From NCBI RefSeq assembly GCF_032062105.1, contig NW_026935527.1:62001-126000 (forward strand): DNA of 64,000 nt, given 5' to 3'. The notes under the pieces are model-generated. The model was not told the DNA's origin and did not search any database. It was given only the letters and a program-made list of their open reading frames with translations. This DNA comes from Saccostrea cucullata (lineage: Eukaryota). Position numbers and translations under genes: made by a program. Within the stretch, counting starts at the first letter, position 1. Every line of letters starts with the position of its first letter. Below, piece after piece: positions 63,340-64,000 of this stretch.

Positions 63340-63480
63340 ACACATCTCCTCCACAGCTTGCTTTCACTGGGCATCAGAATAAACTTCATTTTTAACCATC
63401 TCCCTTCCTTCATTAAAGCATTCAATCACAATAATGATTGACCTTCTAGAAAGCCTTTTGTCTTCATAAATCGTATACAA
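63340..63480 (-). mobile_element. Highly degenerate mariner-type transposase HTH fragment
   Basis: Minus frame IYEDKRLSRRS...FNEGREMVKNE resembles the mariner motif VYGD..LSR..V..W...FKEGRESVEDE. Confidence 0.35.
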
Positions 63481-64000
63481 ATTATTATAGGCTACTGCAA
63501 CGAACTTTCAAAGTTAAGCATTAAATTTTACAGTCGTTCGTTGCTCGAGTAAGACAGTGTCAACCATTTTTTGCCACAAGTCACCTACATATTAAAGTCA
63601 TTTCACATTGTGACGTCATCATCATGAAGCAAAACTCATAATTTTTATGAAAATAATAATAATGAAACAGCATTCAACAAAACATTAACTATATAAATAT
63701 TATTCCTCTCCAGTACGGAGTCCCGTTCATAGTAAATGCAGTCTTCAATCTCGAGGAAATTTAGCAAATGAACTATTTATATTGAAATGAGGAAAGTTAT
63801 TTTTTTTCGAGAGTCCACTTTTGGGAGAGAGAAGAGAAAGTTTGTGCCTGATGGTATTATTTTGTTAAACGTAATACACAGGCAGTTAAATCTATATAAA
63901 TATCAGAATGGTTGAATAAGTCATATATAAATGTTTATATATTTGAATATTTACATGAAAAAATATGAAAAGCAGTTAAGTAGTGGACAGGTTTCTTCAG

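Overview
AT-rich, intron-containing animal genomic DNA, very probably an oyster (Crassostrea/Magallana-type), inferred from the ~166-bp Cg170-like satellite inside a Helentron/HINE and from the repeat families. Genes reconstructed by hand from splice sites: (1) the 5' part of a telomeric repeat-binding factor (TRFH domain, minus strand, exons 7618-3514, running off the left edge); (2) a complete secreted tyrosinase (minus, 22823-26174, 689 aa, six copper-binding His); (3) a head-to-head pair of atypical Cys/Tyr/His-rich secreted C-type lectins (A1 minus 44074-45101; B1 plus 45483-46613); (4) an inverted duplicate of that whole pair (B2 minus, heavily disrupted and inflated by nested transposons; A2 plus, intact except one TGG>TGA). 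Mobile DNA includes a near full-length CR1/L2-group LINE whose ORF1 has an SGNH esterase and two CCHC knuckles, nested in a Harbinger-like MITE that sits in a Penelope-like remnant; two RTE-X-like LINE relics, one carrying a 173-bp piggyBac fragment; and many MITEs with 3-, 5-, 8- and 9-bp TSDs. There is a 162-N assembly gap at 49358-49519. The best candidate for a new system is the divergently transcribed, co-duplicated and co-decaying lectin pair, possibly a disulfide-linked heterodimer, which lies near a secreted tyrosinase.
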